From Blasia pusilla (taxonomy: Eukaryota), in contig CM114271.1 of the NCBI GenBank assembly GCA_050084515.1, forward strand, positions 18,972,001-19,036,000: 64,000 bases of DNA, written 5' to 3'. The notes under the pieces are model-generated. The model had not been told where the DNA came from, made no database searches, and saw only the letters and a list, made by a program, of their open reading frames with translations. Below are positions 1-12,700 of this stretch, one piece after another; position 1 is the first letter of the stretch, and each line of letters opens with the position of its first letter. The translations under genes were made by a program, and so were the position numbers.

Positions 1-3000
1 TATTGTAAGTTGTTGAGCAAGAGAGATGCATGACTATGCCAAGCTAGTGGTTATCGAGAGAATGAAGCATGATCATACTCGTCACTAGATGCATGGCAAC
101 ATATACATAAGAGTGGTGGTCAACATGAGGGCAGACTGTACGATTAATTCAAGACATGAACTTAGAACTTAAGGTTGATTCAGCCTATGTATAAGCAGTC
201 CTTACTTTAAGAGCATCAAATGGTAGGTGCTCTTTAAGGGTATGGATTTGAACATCGTTTAAAAGGTTTGTATAGATCTGCAAGTTTCATATGTCATTCT
301 AAAACTCCCATATTGCATGTGTATGAATGTGACACATAAGAAGATATTAAGATGGGGAGTTGAGATCATACTTCATTATGCGGAAGTTATAGAGGTGCGG
401 CAAGAATAATCAGCAAGCATGGAGGCGAGAACATGTGGTTGTCTAAACAATATTGTGTTTGAGGAATGAAAAACTCCATAACAACAAGTAGAAAAAAGTC
501 TCTAGGAACAACAAGCTCACATATGGATGAGGTGAGAACCTCACCTAACTGAAAATAAAAAGAGTAATATGAAAAAATGATGTTGGTAGTGTGGAAGCAT
601 GCCTTGTGACTTTTTCTTCTTCTTTTTTGGAAACTCTGACGTCTATTGCTCTCATTGTAGGAGGAGCGGGTATTTTTGGTTATAAAATATATGACAATGA
701 GCGTGAAATGCTCGAAAAGACCAAGCCCTAGACCAAAAAGATTAAGAGCTTAACCAAAATAATAGAAAGTGTGAGTTGGCTAAAAGGTAAAGTTGATTGA
801 CATAACACATCACTATATTTTTGTATGTATAAAGTTAATAGAAATAAAATAATAGAAAGTGTGAGTTGGCTAAAAGGTAAAGTTAGACGTTGCAACAATC
901 ATGTGTGCAAAATAAGAGCGGAATGGATTAATTGCAAAAAAATTGTGGCAAACCAAGATCACAAGATTGTCCATCATTGTAGTAGAGTTGTTATTGAGCA
1001 CGCTATAAGTAACTCTAAAATTGAGCATGAGAGCATGAGTGTATGAACAGAGCATTTGATTAAATTGTCAAGAGTATTGGTGAGATCACTAGTCTATGTT
1101 GATCATGAGCTAGTAGTTAAATAGATATTCAATATATAGTAGAGACCTGACTCCGAAGCTTGCTATCAAGCTCTATGTACTCTCTAATTTCCTTGGAGAA
1201 CTCTTTGAACTGAGTCTTGGCAGCCTCTAGCTTTTGAAGAATTTGAACCACATGAGCTAGTTTATCTGCCTTAACACGGCTAGCTTCTTAAGCCACGCCA
1301 AGAAGATCAGTGAGAATGTTAAATTCAATACCAAGCAAAAAAGATTGTTCTTCAGCTTCATCCACTATTGAACTAATAAGGTTGTAATCGCTATGGGAAG
1401 AGTGTTCTCAAAATCTGTACATAGGTCGGTATAAGAAGGTATCTCTTCTTTACCTGAAGTCCAATTTGAGTAGCCCTAGACAACATAAGTATTATGTGAT
1501 TCTTGCAAAATAAAGTGCAAGTGTGATACAAAATAAACAAAAATCAGCTAGAATTGAGTTGTCCTAACCCTAAGTTGAAGGTCATTAGAATCTGCAAAAT
1601 ACAAAGCATTGGTAGGTCAGGTTTAATCTTAGAATATGATGACACAGAAAATGTACATGTTAAATAGAAAAGGAAGAGGATGATGTGCAAGAGTTGGTAC
1701 TACCTGCAAAAAAGTCTACTAGGTGCACTTGCGTTTGCTTACAGACTACAAAGTTAAACCAAAATCCGCAATCTGGGCTTGTGTAACATATGGCAAAGGT
1801 GGAATAGAAGCATGGATTCCAGACTTAGATGAACTAGCTTGATCTTGAGGAGGATTGGATGATAACCTAACAATGTCATCAAAGTCGAGTAGAATAGGAA
1901 AATGGCTAAGAATATTTTCAACATCAATAGGGATAGGCTTAAAGGCCGGTATTTGGCCATTGTCTTGGAGAGTCTTCATTCTTCATTCTATCAATAAGGT
2001 GAGTGCCCTTTTTTAATGTTAAGTCAAGCAATTTGTTAAGTGGTAGATGCAGTCAATGTTGCAAAACACGAAGTTGGTCCACCCTAATACCACCAGAGAT
2101 AAGGTTAAAAAGTCTTATTGCATCTTTTTTTTACGAGGATGGTCTCCTTAAAGTCAACATTCTTGAATTGCAAGACTTCTTTCTAAATGCTTGAGGACAT
2201 GTTAAATCGTGGTGATGATTAGAAATTGAAATTTGGAAGGAGTGGCAATTCATGCTCTAAAGTAATGGTAAGATCATAGAAGAGGTAGAATGTCCCTTGA
2301 TGTTGGTGCATCCTAGCTAATTGAACCTTTTGACCTTCATGTCCCATTGCTCGCCTTGACTTATCAAGCTTTGTATCTGCCTATCAATGACATCGTGTTC
2401 CCAAAATGCACAAACCATTCCAAGGTTATCCATGTATTTGATCTTAACTTCTGTTGGGAAAATAAATCATGGTTTGGATTCTTTTGATTGAGCATGTCAT
2501 ATTGCTTAAAAACTGACCTAACAACTAGCAAACAGGGTCTAGCTATAATCGATCCTTGGATCTCATGAGTTGTCATAGCATACATCTTCGCTCCTCTTAT
2601 ATGATAGACTTGCAATAGGCGATTTTCGGAAAGGGTTTGCTAGGGTTTTCTTGGCCCCATTACGAAGTATTAATAGCATCTAGAGAATTTATTACATATG
2701 GGTGGTAGATGTTAGGGATTTCCTACTTGTTCCAAACAAAATTCTCGTAGGTTGAATAACACCTATAGCTAATTGATGCTTCAAATTTCATGAGTTTCAA
2801 CTGAGTTGAGTTACATTAGACTTGTATTCCCGGATATGGGAGAGAATTCTACACTAGTATTATAGTTTCATGTATCATACAGAAAGGCGAAAAGCTCATA
2901 TGGTGCCTATCTCCCCAATTTCTTTCTTGAGGAAGATGAGTACTCAAGAACTCCCGTATTTAAACGCTCTACGGAGGCTATAAGCATGAAATATATGCAA

Positions 3001-6000
3001 TAGTGCTTGCTTGCTATCGTTTATTACTAAGCAAATCATTCCACGATAGAGAGAGCATCTTGGGCTCTCATGTAGAATAGTTGGAAATGCAAGAAAAATA
3101 TGAGATTTGTCTAGGAGACACTTTCATTTAGGAGTTTGATTCAGATTCTACCACATCCGATTTCCTTTCTAGTTATGTATGCCCCAACATTTGTTCTGAA
3201 GTGTCTCACAATGGGAATAGAACTAACAACGTAGTCTGCCTATTCCATCATAGGCTTCCTCAACTTCTTGAATTCCTTGCTTGGGTCTCGTTTTGAATCG
3301 AAATTAATGAAGCACTGAGGTAGCCAAAGAAATGATTTTTTCCTATCCTAGTAAGATCCCGATTGGTGAAAATTATGTTTTGGCCTTACTTGCACACAAA
3401 TTGCTTCCGTGCATGCCACATAACACAAGAGGTATACAAATTTCCTTTCAAGTACGTTAGTTAGGGGACCAGAGTCCTTTCCAATGGGTTGGCTTAAGAC
3501 TTGTCCAAGGCATTGTTCAACCACAACATGGAGCTAATTTACCAAGGTTGCATGTGGACAAAGTCCGTGTCTGTGGACATGTCCATGGATTTACGGCTTT
3601 CCTAAGGAAGGACTTTTCCATGTGGGCCCACCTCCCCCTTCTTTCTTATCCCCCCATTTACCTCCATGTTTCACACTTTCCTATTTCATCCTTTTCCCAC
3701 CTCCATCCCCTCCCCCCTTATTGCCCCGCTCACCCATGCCTTGCCTTCCACCACGAGCTATAAGTGTGCATCCCACCTCTTGCAATCCATGTCCGTGGAT
3801 ATGTCCATACTTGTCTGTCCATGACCGTCCTGGGGACGAACTTGTTCGTTTTTGTGCAACCATGTAACTTACTATCTGCCTGCTCTAGCCTAATCATAAG
3901 GTTGATTAAGAGGACCAAGTGAATTTTTGGAGGAAGAATATGCGAAAGAGGCAAGCGATGTCAAAATTGCAGCTGAAGTTCCCAAATGCTGCTATCTGCA
4001 TCTTCTAACTTCAAAAGAGTAAAGTGACACAAACTAACAAGATGGGGGAAGGATACACAACGTTCCACCACGTACTTGTGGGAAACTAATTTCCAAGGCA
4101 AACAAGGAGCAAAAACAACAAGCACTAGAAGATATGTTGGGAGAAAGGTAGGGTTACTTGAAGCGTACACTACATAAGGCAACCAAACTACCTCAATCAA
4201 CTAGCTCACTTAAAACGTATGATTGGGAAGAAATCAATTGCAATCTTCTTTCACAACGTTTTAGAGACAAACCACTATCAATGTATTGGCCATACACTCT
4301 CTGCCTTCCTGATTTAACGTAGAACTACGAGAGAAGATCAATACTTGGGGATTTGAGAGAGGGAGATCATATGACAAGGAATTCAAACATTGATGCGTAG
4401 AGCCTATCCAAGATAACCATGTAATGCAATTTGATTGTAGAGTCCTTTAAATTATAGAACTCACCTAGAGGGACGTAAGATGAAACCCAATGTGAGGTAT
4501 ACAAATGAAACAACTCTGGAGTAGAACCGCATATGAAGTCACATCAAGATCACCAAATTCATAAGAAGATCGTAGAAAAGGAAAAGTACATAAGAGCGCA
4601 CTTGAGAAAGAAGTGGAGTAGAGAAACCCAAAACTACAAAACAAGACGACCAAATTGGGAGGAAGGTCGTAGAAGGCACAGCAAGGCTCGAGCAAGAAGG
4701 AAAGAAGAGAAAGTGAAGACAATAAAATAAACAAAGATGGAAAAGCAAGAACAATTCACTACATTCGTCCTAAATTGTGCTAGTAGAGGTTGGGCCCAAG
4801 GATGTGAGTGGGTCGGGAAAGCGTGAGATAGGACCGTCACAGACAACTAAGATTGATTTAGTTGCAATCGCACATTCTTTATGTTGGTAGTTAAGCTTTT
4901 GTTGCTTTATGGATGGATTAGTGCTCATACCAAGAAATTGGCATGAGTAGCATCTATAACACTAATAATGAAGAAAGTGGCGACGTTGGCCCTAGGTCAC
5001 GTTGCATTAGGAGATTTTGCACATGGAATACTAAGGGAAGGTCCCCATAGATCGGACGTATGGGTCATTGGTCTTGGTCCTAGGATTGATCTGACAAACA
5101 CGTTTTGTAAGTTTCAAGCTATTGCACTCAACGGTCAAGCAACATCAACCGGTTCTCTACTCACCAACGAGACAGAGACGACATATATGATTAAAGTTAT
5201 AGGCTACAAGCAATATTATGGCAATTAGAAACCGGTTGGAATGCTTCCAATGACCCTATGATCGTCCTTGCAATTTTTTGCCAAAAATTTCACGGCTTGC
5301 CAAGACCAAAGATTATTTCGTGGTCTTTGCAATCTCAGCCATAGATTCTCAATAACACAACTTCTGTGACCCAATAAGGGTTCCGTGGGGACTTGCCCTA
5401 AAGGAGAAGAAAACTCAAGGAAAAAAAGAAGAATAAATTATCCTAGTCCTAGGTCACATGGTCTTAAGGGATCGGACATGGCGGTTTTCACTATCAATAA
5501 AGTTACGACTCTCCAGAACAAGATATGTGTTGCAATTGTCAACCTCAAAAGCTGCAATATTGAGATACAAAACCAGCAACACAAAGTCACCTTGGATGAG
5601 TATTAATATCGTGTTGCACTTATAGAGGCCATGATTATTTTTTCTCTTTTTGTTTTGGATTTTTATCTTCTCTAATTTAAATTTTAAATTATAATTTTAT
5701 TCATCATACATCATAATTTAAAAATCATGTGTATTAGGTTAGGTTTCATGAATAATTCATCAAGACAAATTTATTTTTTTAAACAAGGGGAAATCACAAA
5801 AATTTAACTCTTAATATTTGACAATAAGAGAAAAAAATAGTTATTTTCAACAAGATATTATTTTCTTTAACAAAAAATAATTTCTTTCCAATAAATCAAG
5901 TAAGATTTTCTAACCATACAAGACTTTCACTCCCATATACATATATATCAATCAAAGAGATGGCTTGCATTAATAAGAAGAATAAGAATCTATACAAAGA

Positions 6001-6199
6001 GAGTCAAGGAGAGAGAATGAAGGAGAGTGTCATCCCTCTATCTCTATACATATTATAAGCTAGGATTAAAAAATATTTGCAATAGAATCCATATAAAGGC
6101 CTATCACCTTATTTTATGTGCTAATATATGCACACATTTTGTATGACCTTTCATTGTAAATATTAATTTACTAGATTACATGAGTTATCTTCAAATTGG

Positions 6200-6830
6200 C
6201 ATAGGTCAACGTTCTCCATCGAGATCAACCATATATCTTTTATATCGAATAGAATTTAATGATATCAAACTTATGTCTAGATAGTATATTAGCGAGGAGA
6301 TAATCCAAATGTTGATATGTGTTTGCATATAAAGCTCTACTTCTCTTTTTCTAAGATTTTATCTCTAATAAAATAATAATATACCTCCATATGCTTTATC
6401 CTCCCATGAAATACTATATTGTTTGCCACATGAATGTTATCTATACTATTAAGAGAGGATGGGGTTAGAATCCCTCCTCCTCCTATTGACACATGTCCTA
6501 CGGGAGCTTTCTTGGTGGTAACACGTGGCAAAAAAAGAATTAAATATAATCAATGAGTGAAAGGGGTGGAAACGTTAGATTTATCTTGACGGATGGAGGT
6601 GCGTACCCAAGTTTTGTGTCACCCGTGCATAGCACGGGCAACGCTCTAGTTGATAATATCCACACATATGAAAAATAGATCTTTGAGCGTTTAGAGCGTT
6701 GCCATGTCAATGTGTGAATTGGTTGTGACGCTTTGAAACGCTCTAAATCTACATCTTTAAGAAGACTTTTCATCCAAACCAATTCACACATTGACATGGT
6801 TGCTTCTTTATATTAATTTTATATACATAA
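6200..6830 (-). mobile_element. Degenerate Ty1/copia RNase H 3' fragment, interrupted by a mini-Helitron
   Basis: Minus-strand peptides MCELVWMKSLLKDVDL and VDIIN|NIHVANNIVFHGRIKHMEVYYYFIRDKI match copia RNase H motifs (CEaxWl; DNxsai..anNPvfHaRtKHie). The frame is continuous once 6440-6649 is removed. Outer bounds approximate. Confidence 0.8.
6440..6649 (+). mobile_element. Non-autonomous mini-Helitron (210 bp)
   Basis: Starts TCTATACTATTAA after A6439. Has a subterminal hairpin CCCGTGC-ATA-GCACGGG (6622-6638) and ends CTAG (6646-6649) before T6650. No TSD; inserted at an A|T site. Confidence 0.9.
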
Positions 6831-8355
6831 AGGATATTTTGACAGACGTGAGTTAGTATCTCTTACCTCATAGCACCCTAAAAAAGATAGGGTTAGTTAA
6901 TTCGTATTTTAGAAGACTTAATGGACTTTATGGGTAACTTGGAGAGTTTGTGACTCTTAAGATTTTCGATGTTGTGGAGCGGGACCAAATACTCGAGAGG
7001 AGGCCTTCACCAATCATGTTGTCTTAGTATCTACGAGTGCATTCCTAAAACTCTAGTATTCAAGAAGTTTCTTACATTTTTTAAATTTTTGGTAGAGATA
7101 CTATCTCCAGATTGCTTATATGATGCGGGGGAATGCCATAGAGAATATGAGGTGGGGAAGGAGCAACAATGGATTTGTGCGCTAATATCAACCAGCTTTG
7201 ATTCATATACCTTCTTGGATTGGCTTGTCAGAGGAGATTACTATTCGAATGATGGTTCCTACAATGAGGGTCAAGAGTAGGAGGACAATTACAACGACAA
7301 TGATATTCGCCTTATAAAATGTTTAGCTACTCTAAGGCAAAGTAGGAGGCCCTTGTTGGATAATACACATAGTGTGGATGTATGAGGCCTATCTAGGCAT
7401 TTACATACAAAAGCATGTGACAACAGAGCCATCGAGGCGGTTATGGGCAGTTAAGCATTGCGAGCAATGGCAATACCCTTTACGACATCTGTATGTATCA
7501 AACCTTATGTAGGTCTAGTGTGCCTTGCAAGTGCAGCACACTATGTGCATGCCAATAGCATTGGTAGCATGTGCAAAAATAGTGTTGATGACCCTACACA
7601 ATTTTTTTGGAAAAATACTATCCATATATGTAAAGATTTGTTCGTTATTGCGTCATTAAGCTCATGTGATTGGAATGTCAAGTTTCTTCAGAGGAAATTT
7701 GGTTGTGAGAAAAAAATTCAAACCTATTTTTTTTTTCTTAAATAGATTGCAAGTTTTGTGCAAGTCTGACTCAATGACTCACAAACTCCATTGCAACTCA
7801 ATTACGAGTCAAAATCGCAATTAGCTTATATTGCAACCGCAACATCACAAAAACTTGCTAGTCTAGTGCAAGTTCTTTGCAAGCCAACTTCAAGCTAATT
7901 TTGACTAGATTGTGAGTAATAAAGCAAAAGTTTTAAATTACTTCAAAGTCATAAATTGGGAGTTGGAGTCTCAATCTTGCAAGTAAGTTGCAAGTGCAAC
8001 ACTCACAATGCTTTCATTGAACTACATATGTATTCCAAATAAGATGTAGCTTTTGTGTCGCGACCCTCATAACCAAACAACACCAAATAGGTGCCAAGCA
8101 GAACACGCTTCCGCAACATTTAATGATTTACGTTCAAGGAGAGTAGGCGCGCGACACTTTGGGACTCACTTAGTCATTTTGAATGTTGTAGTGTTTATCC
8201 CAAATCTTGAATGATTTGCAAGTGTTGGGGAGTGAGAGATTAGGTTAGTATCTGACCCGGTGTAGATCTATTTAGCTTGAAGGATTTGTTTGAATTTTGT
8301 AATGAAAGCTTCTACGACACACAAGATCAAGATTCAAGATACTAGGTGCACAATA

Positions 8356-8685
8356 CCTAAGCCAACTCCACATCCTATATGTGCCTATATGTGACTGACC
8401 TTGATATGGCCAACTTGCAATCATCAAATAAATAACGCCCATTGGGTCTAACTCATGCGCCTCCAATAGTGAAGTATCAATTGGCAAGGAACTCTAGTAA
8501 CCCTATATTGTTGTTGCTAATAATAGATATTGATATTGTAGCCTCAACTAAGCTACATGTTGTAGTAGGACATATCTCACCACCTTATCCCTCTCCACGT
8601 ACCAATATTGTTGTATGCAAAGACATGCTTGAAAACTAACAACCAATCCAATGTTAATCTTGCTAAATAGATCCAATACTCTAAT
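8356..8685 (-). pseudogene. Decayed DNA (cytosine-5)-methyltransferase domain within a retrotransposon polyprotein
   Basis: One minus frame (3 stops) reads IRVLDLFSKINIGLVVSFQACLCIQQYWYVERD...LPIDTSLL...IYLMIASWPYQGQSHIG. These correspond to C5-MTase motif I (vLdLFxGxG), motif II (acidic E/D) and motif IV (dl.iaGwPCQg.S). Removing a 10-nt duplication (cacatatagg x2) extends it to GCGVGL. Confidence 0.8.
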
Positions 8686-9477
8686 ATCCTTCTTTAGATA
8701 TTGCCACCAATCAAATTTGTTGGCTAGGTTAGGAGACTACTAAAAATTTATACTATCAATATCTACCATGGTTTCCAATCTATCACTCCATTAGTAACTT
8801 GGTACTAAATCATATTGATAGTGAATTGACATATTCATCTCCTAACTACCATTCTCAAGCATAGGAGGTTGTCTTCTCTTAGTAATCCAAGGTAAATCAC
8901 ATAGGATACAACATTGCTCTTTCAACCAAAAATATCATAGGACTGCAAATCAATCACTATTGCCTTGGCTTGCACTACCAATCTTTGTGTTAAGTGTTTT
9001 GGATGAAGCCTCACCGCCATCTTTTAATGCACAATAAATTGGGTTGTACTGGCTCTGTCTAATGAGGTCTAAATCCAGAAAGAACATCACTCTATATTAG
9101 CTTAAATTAGGATGAATTCCATAAAATCCACCTTCCATGAGATCAAGGGCTACGCTTTTCCTATTTCATCTAACAAGATGCATTGTATACAATATACTCC
9201 ACCTCCATGACTAACCAAGAGGAAAATATCACTCTAGTTGTGCAACAATACCACTCTATGTATAACCATGGTGAACTCAATAGCGGGTCTAGCTAACATC
9301 TCCGCCAATATTGCAATTGCAACCTACCATGAACAAGTGATAGAAGTCTTGAGCATAGGCTCTAAGAACAAGTCTTCTACCTCTTCAATCACCATTTTCA
9401 AGTAAGAGGCAATAATATTATCCCCACATTCACATAACGTAGTGGTGAGCCGAAACATCTTGGCCAGTCCAAATACC

Positions 9478-9789
9478 TATTGAAGATTGAGTTACAATCA
9501 AGCTCATGAGATACATGAACTGCTATATTTGGTACTCATAGGAAGTAGGGAAGCTTAATTTTGGTTAGTCATTTAAGCACGATTATCTTAACTATGGTTA
9601 GTTAATCACAATTAGTCTAACTCGAGACTATGGTTAAGATTAGAATTAGGGTCGCTTGTACATACCCTACATAATTGAGCAGGGGACCAGCCTCCACTCA
9701 TTCTCTCATTGCAAAATATTATTCTTCATGGTAGTGTGTAAGTGTGAGAGCCGTTTCCACTAGTTATGCTTCTTTAGCAGTCTTCTACA
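9478..9789 (+). repeat. 5' LTR of copia element 1
   Basis: Direct repeat of 13990-14302 and 55955-56367; ends CA immediately before the PBS. Confidence 0.95.
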
Positions 9790-12700
9790 TGGTATCAGAG
9801 CAGTAGGAGAACATCACTTGAAGTTCTTGGTGTTTGAGGAGAGAAGAGAGGCAAGAGAAGGCACAAATTCATTTTGGGAGAAGGAAATTTCCTTTAGAGT
9901 TTAGTGGGTGCAGATTTCATGTGGAGCTTTAATGTGATAAAACTTTTGAGGCATTTTTTAGGGCTTTCCCGGTCGATGAGCCATCTGGGTCCGAATTGGT
10001 TGAAAATGCCAAAGGCTAGGTCTAATCATCTTGTAGGGCTTGTTGAGAGCTTTCCAACGCATCCAAAATCGCTCAATTTTGATATTCTGAGCTCATGCAG
10101 TAGCAATTTCCATGTAGGAAAGTGTAATTAGTGAAGAAAAGTTGTGTAGTTTGGTCTCTACATGCCAATTTCGACTAGTTCTTTCATACAGTTGATCAAT
10201 TTTGGAAAATTTCAGATCGATTTCTCTTTAGGAGTAGTCTATGCTTTAATTGGAGCAGTGATGAGCATGAAATTACGTTTTTATGAGTGAAATTGTTCGT
10301 CATGGAGTATTCCTCAGCAACAATCACATGCGAGAAACTAGATAAGCATAATTATAATGTCTCAAAGTTGCGCATGAAAAAATTTCTCATGGGTCAAGAA
10401 CTTTGGGAGCTTGTCATATGTGATAAGGCCAAGCCAGAAGGTGACTCAATTGACTTGAATGTTCACGCTTGGAACAGACAGAGGCAGAGGGCGTGGTAGA
10501 AGCTTTCGTGGTCGTGGTGGATATCAAACATATGGAGGAAGAGGCACTCAATATAATATCACTCAATCAACTATGAATCAGTACCAGATACAATCACAAT
10601 GTGGTGATGGTGGAAATTGTTGGGATCAAGATCAACAAGAGAAGGTCCCTGGATCTTGTAATTACTGTGGGATAAAGGGTCTCTATGCAAAGTTTTGCTT
10701 CAAGAAGAAGTCAGATTTGAGAATAGGAGCCTTATAGCAACAAAACTATGTATAGCAACAACACCAAGGGCAGTACCATGAACAACAACATTCATAAATT
10801 GAGCATCTTTTGGTCATCACTTATCATATGAGAGCAATGGTCAAGAAAGACTCCACAACAGATTGATATATTGACTCTGGTGCATCAAATCACATGACCT
10901 CACAAGCTTAATGGTTCAGTAGTATGGAGTCGGTGAAAGATCTTGCAATTGTGAACATAGGAGATAACACTCAACATCATATCACGCATATCGATAAAGT
11001 TCCAATAACATCATATAGTCTTTGTGCTATTGGAAATATTCCTTACGTTCCTACCATTGTAAGAAACTTGATCTCTGTATGACAGATAGTAGAACAAGGT
11101 TATCAAGTGAAGTGTAACACATATGGTTGTTAAATTAAAACAATGGATGACCAGACTATGATAGCCAAATGAACTAGATGTGCCAGAATGTTCAAATTAG
11201 ATATTTCTATGCTAGAGATTTAAACATCAATGGTCAAATTGGCCAACAAGTCACAAATCTAAATGTGTGGCATAAGAGAATTGGACATATGAATTTTCAA
11301 AGATTACAGAGTCTTTCATCATTTAATATAGTAATAGGACTTCATAAATTAGCAAGGATTACTACGTTAGAGGTATGTCTTGCTTGCCAATTTGGAAAAC
11401 AAGCTAGATTTCCTTTTCCAAACCAAGGTAGAAGAACATCCAAGATATTGGAGTTGATTCACACTGATGTGTGGACAGCATCACAACATAATCTTAGTGG
11501 TTGCCAGTACTTTGTTTCATTTAGTGATGACTTCTCTAGGTATATATAGGTATACTTTCTGAAAGCCAAGTAAGAGGTATTCTCAGTATTCTAAACATTC
11601 TGAATTCTAGTAGAGAAGTAGACTGGATAACACATTCTGAAATTCCGTTGTGATGGAAGAGGATAGTATCTTTCAACAGAGTTTGATGGCTACTTACGTT
11701 AGAATAGCATCCAACGGGTCAAGTAACTTGTCGTTTCATCCCACAACAAAATAGAGTGGATGAGAGGAAGAATCAACATATTTCTTAGGCGACACGAGCT
11801 ATGCTGAATAAGAAGAACCTACCTAAAATGTATTAGGCAGAGGTTGTAGCGTATGCAGTCTTCTTGATCAACCAAACTCCAACAACACAAGTTCATGATA
11901 AGACTCCATTCGTAATCTTGACAAGAAGTAAACTTGATTTTTCCTTCCTAAAAGTATTTGGTTGTATTTGTTATGCTCATGTTACTTCTGAAAGACGTTA
12001 GAAATTAAACCCTAAATATAAAAGATGTATATTCATTGGCTACGCTGATAGAACTAAGGGGTATAAGTGCTACATTCCATCCTCTAGGCAGCTTATTAAG
12101 TTGCGATGTTATCTTTGATGAGCTAAAGTCATGGTATGCTCCATCTGAGCCTATTCCACCTCTAAAATCGTTTATTGAGGGAAAGAATATGACTGTAAAC
12201 CAAGAGACATTGTCTTCAAATTCCCCAAGTACTAATGCAAGATTATAAGAGATCCTAGATTCGTCAGTTAAATTTGTGAGTCCAAGGACGGGAAGAGTAC
12301 GTATTCAGTCTGTTGACACTAGTCACAGCTTGAGTCACGTGTCAAAGGCATCTACCTCTAAACAACAACTTCGTAGATCAAGTAGAGTCACACATCCTGT
12401 TCATATATTCATAAATGAAGGTTTCCTTGCGATACATCATGCATATATGATGATTACCCTTCAAGAATTGGAGCTGAGTTGTTTTGAAGAAGCTGCAAGT
12501 AAAGTCGAATGGATTGAAGCTATGGAGGAAGAGCTTGTTGCATTAAGATATCAATAGACCTGGGAGTTGGTTGATATACCTTCCCGTAAGAAAGCTATTG
12601 GTTGCAAATGGGTTTACAAAATCAAGCGCAATCAAGATGGTATAGTTAACACATACAAAGCGAGATTGGTGGCTAAGGGCTATGCATAAAAATATGGCAT

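Noticed and set aside
756-884. 39-bp exact direct repeat (756-794 and 846-884)
   Set aside because: Only two copies with one spacer, in decayed TE-like DNA; a local duplication, not a CRISPR or functional array.
3548-3570. 19-bp identity TTGCATGTGGACAAAGTCC with 57978-57996
   Set aside because: Suggests a shared repeat family for ~2.6-4 kb and ~57.7-59.3 kb, but I could not define termini or coding domains.
7745-8010. Cluster of TTGCAAGT/TTGCAACT motifs
   Set aside because: Resembles DNA-transposon subterminal repeats, but no TIR or TSD was found.
8056-8352. TG...CA segment truncating the DNMT domain, possible solo LTR
   Set aside because: Flanks (TTTTG versus ATACC) are not a TSD and there is no second copy in the window.
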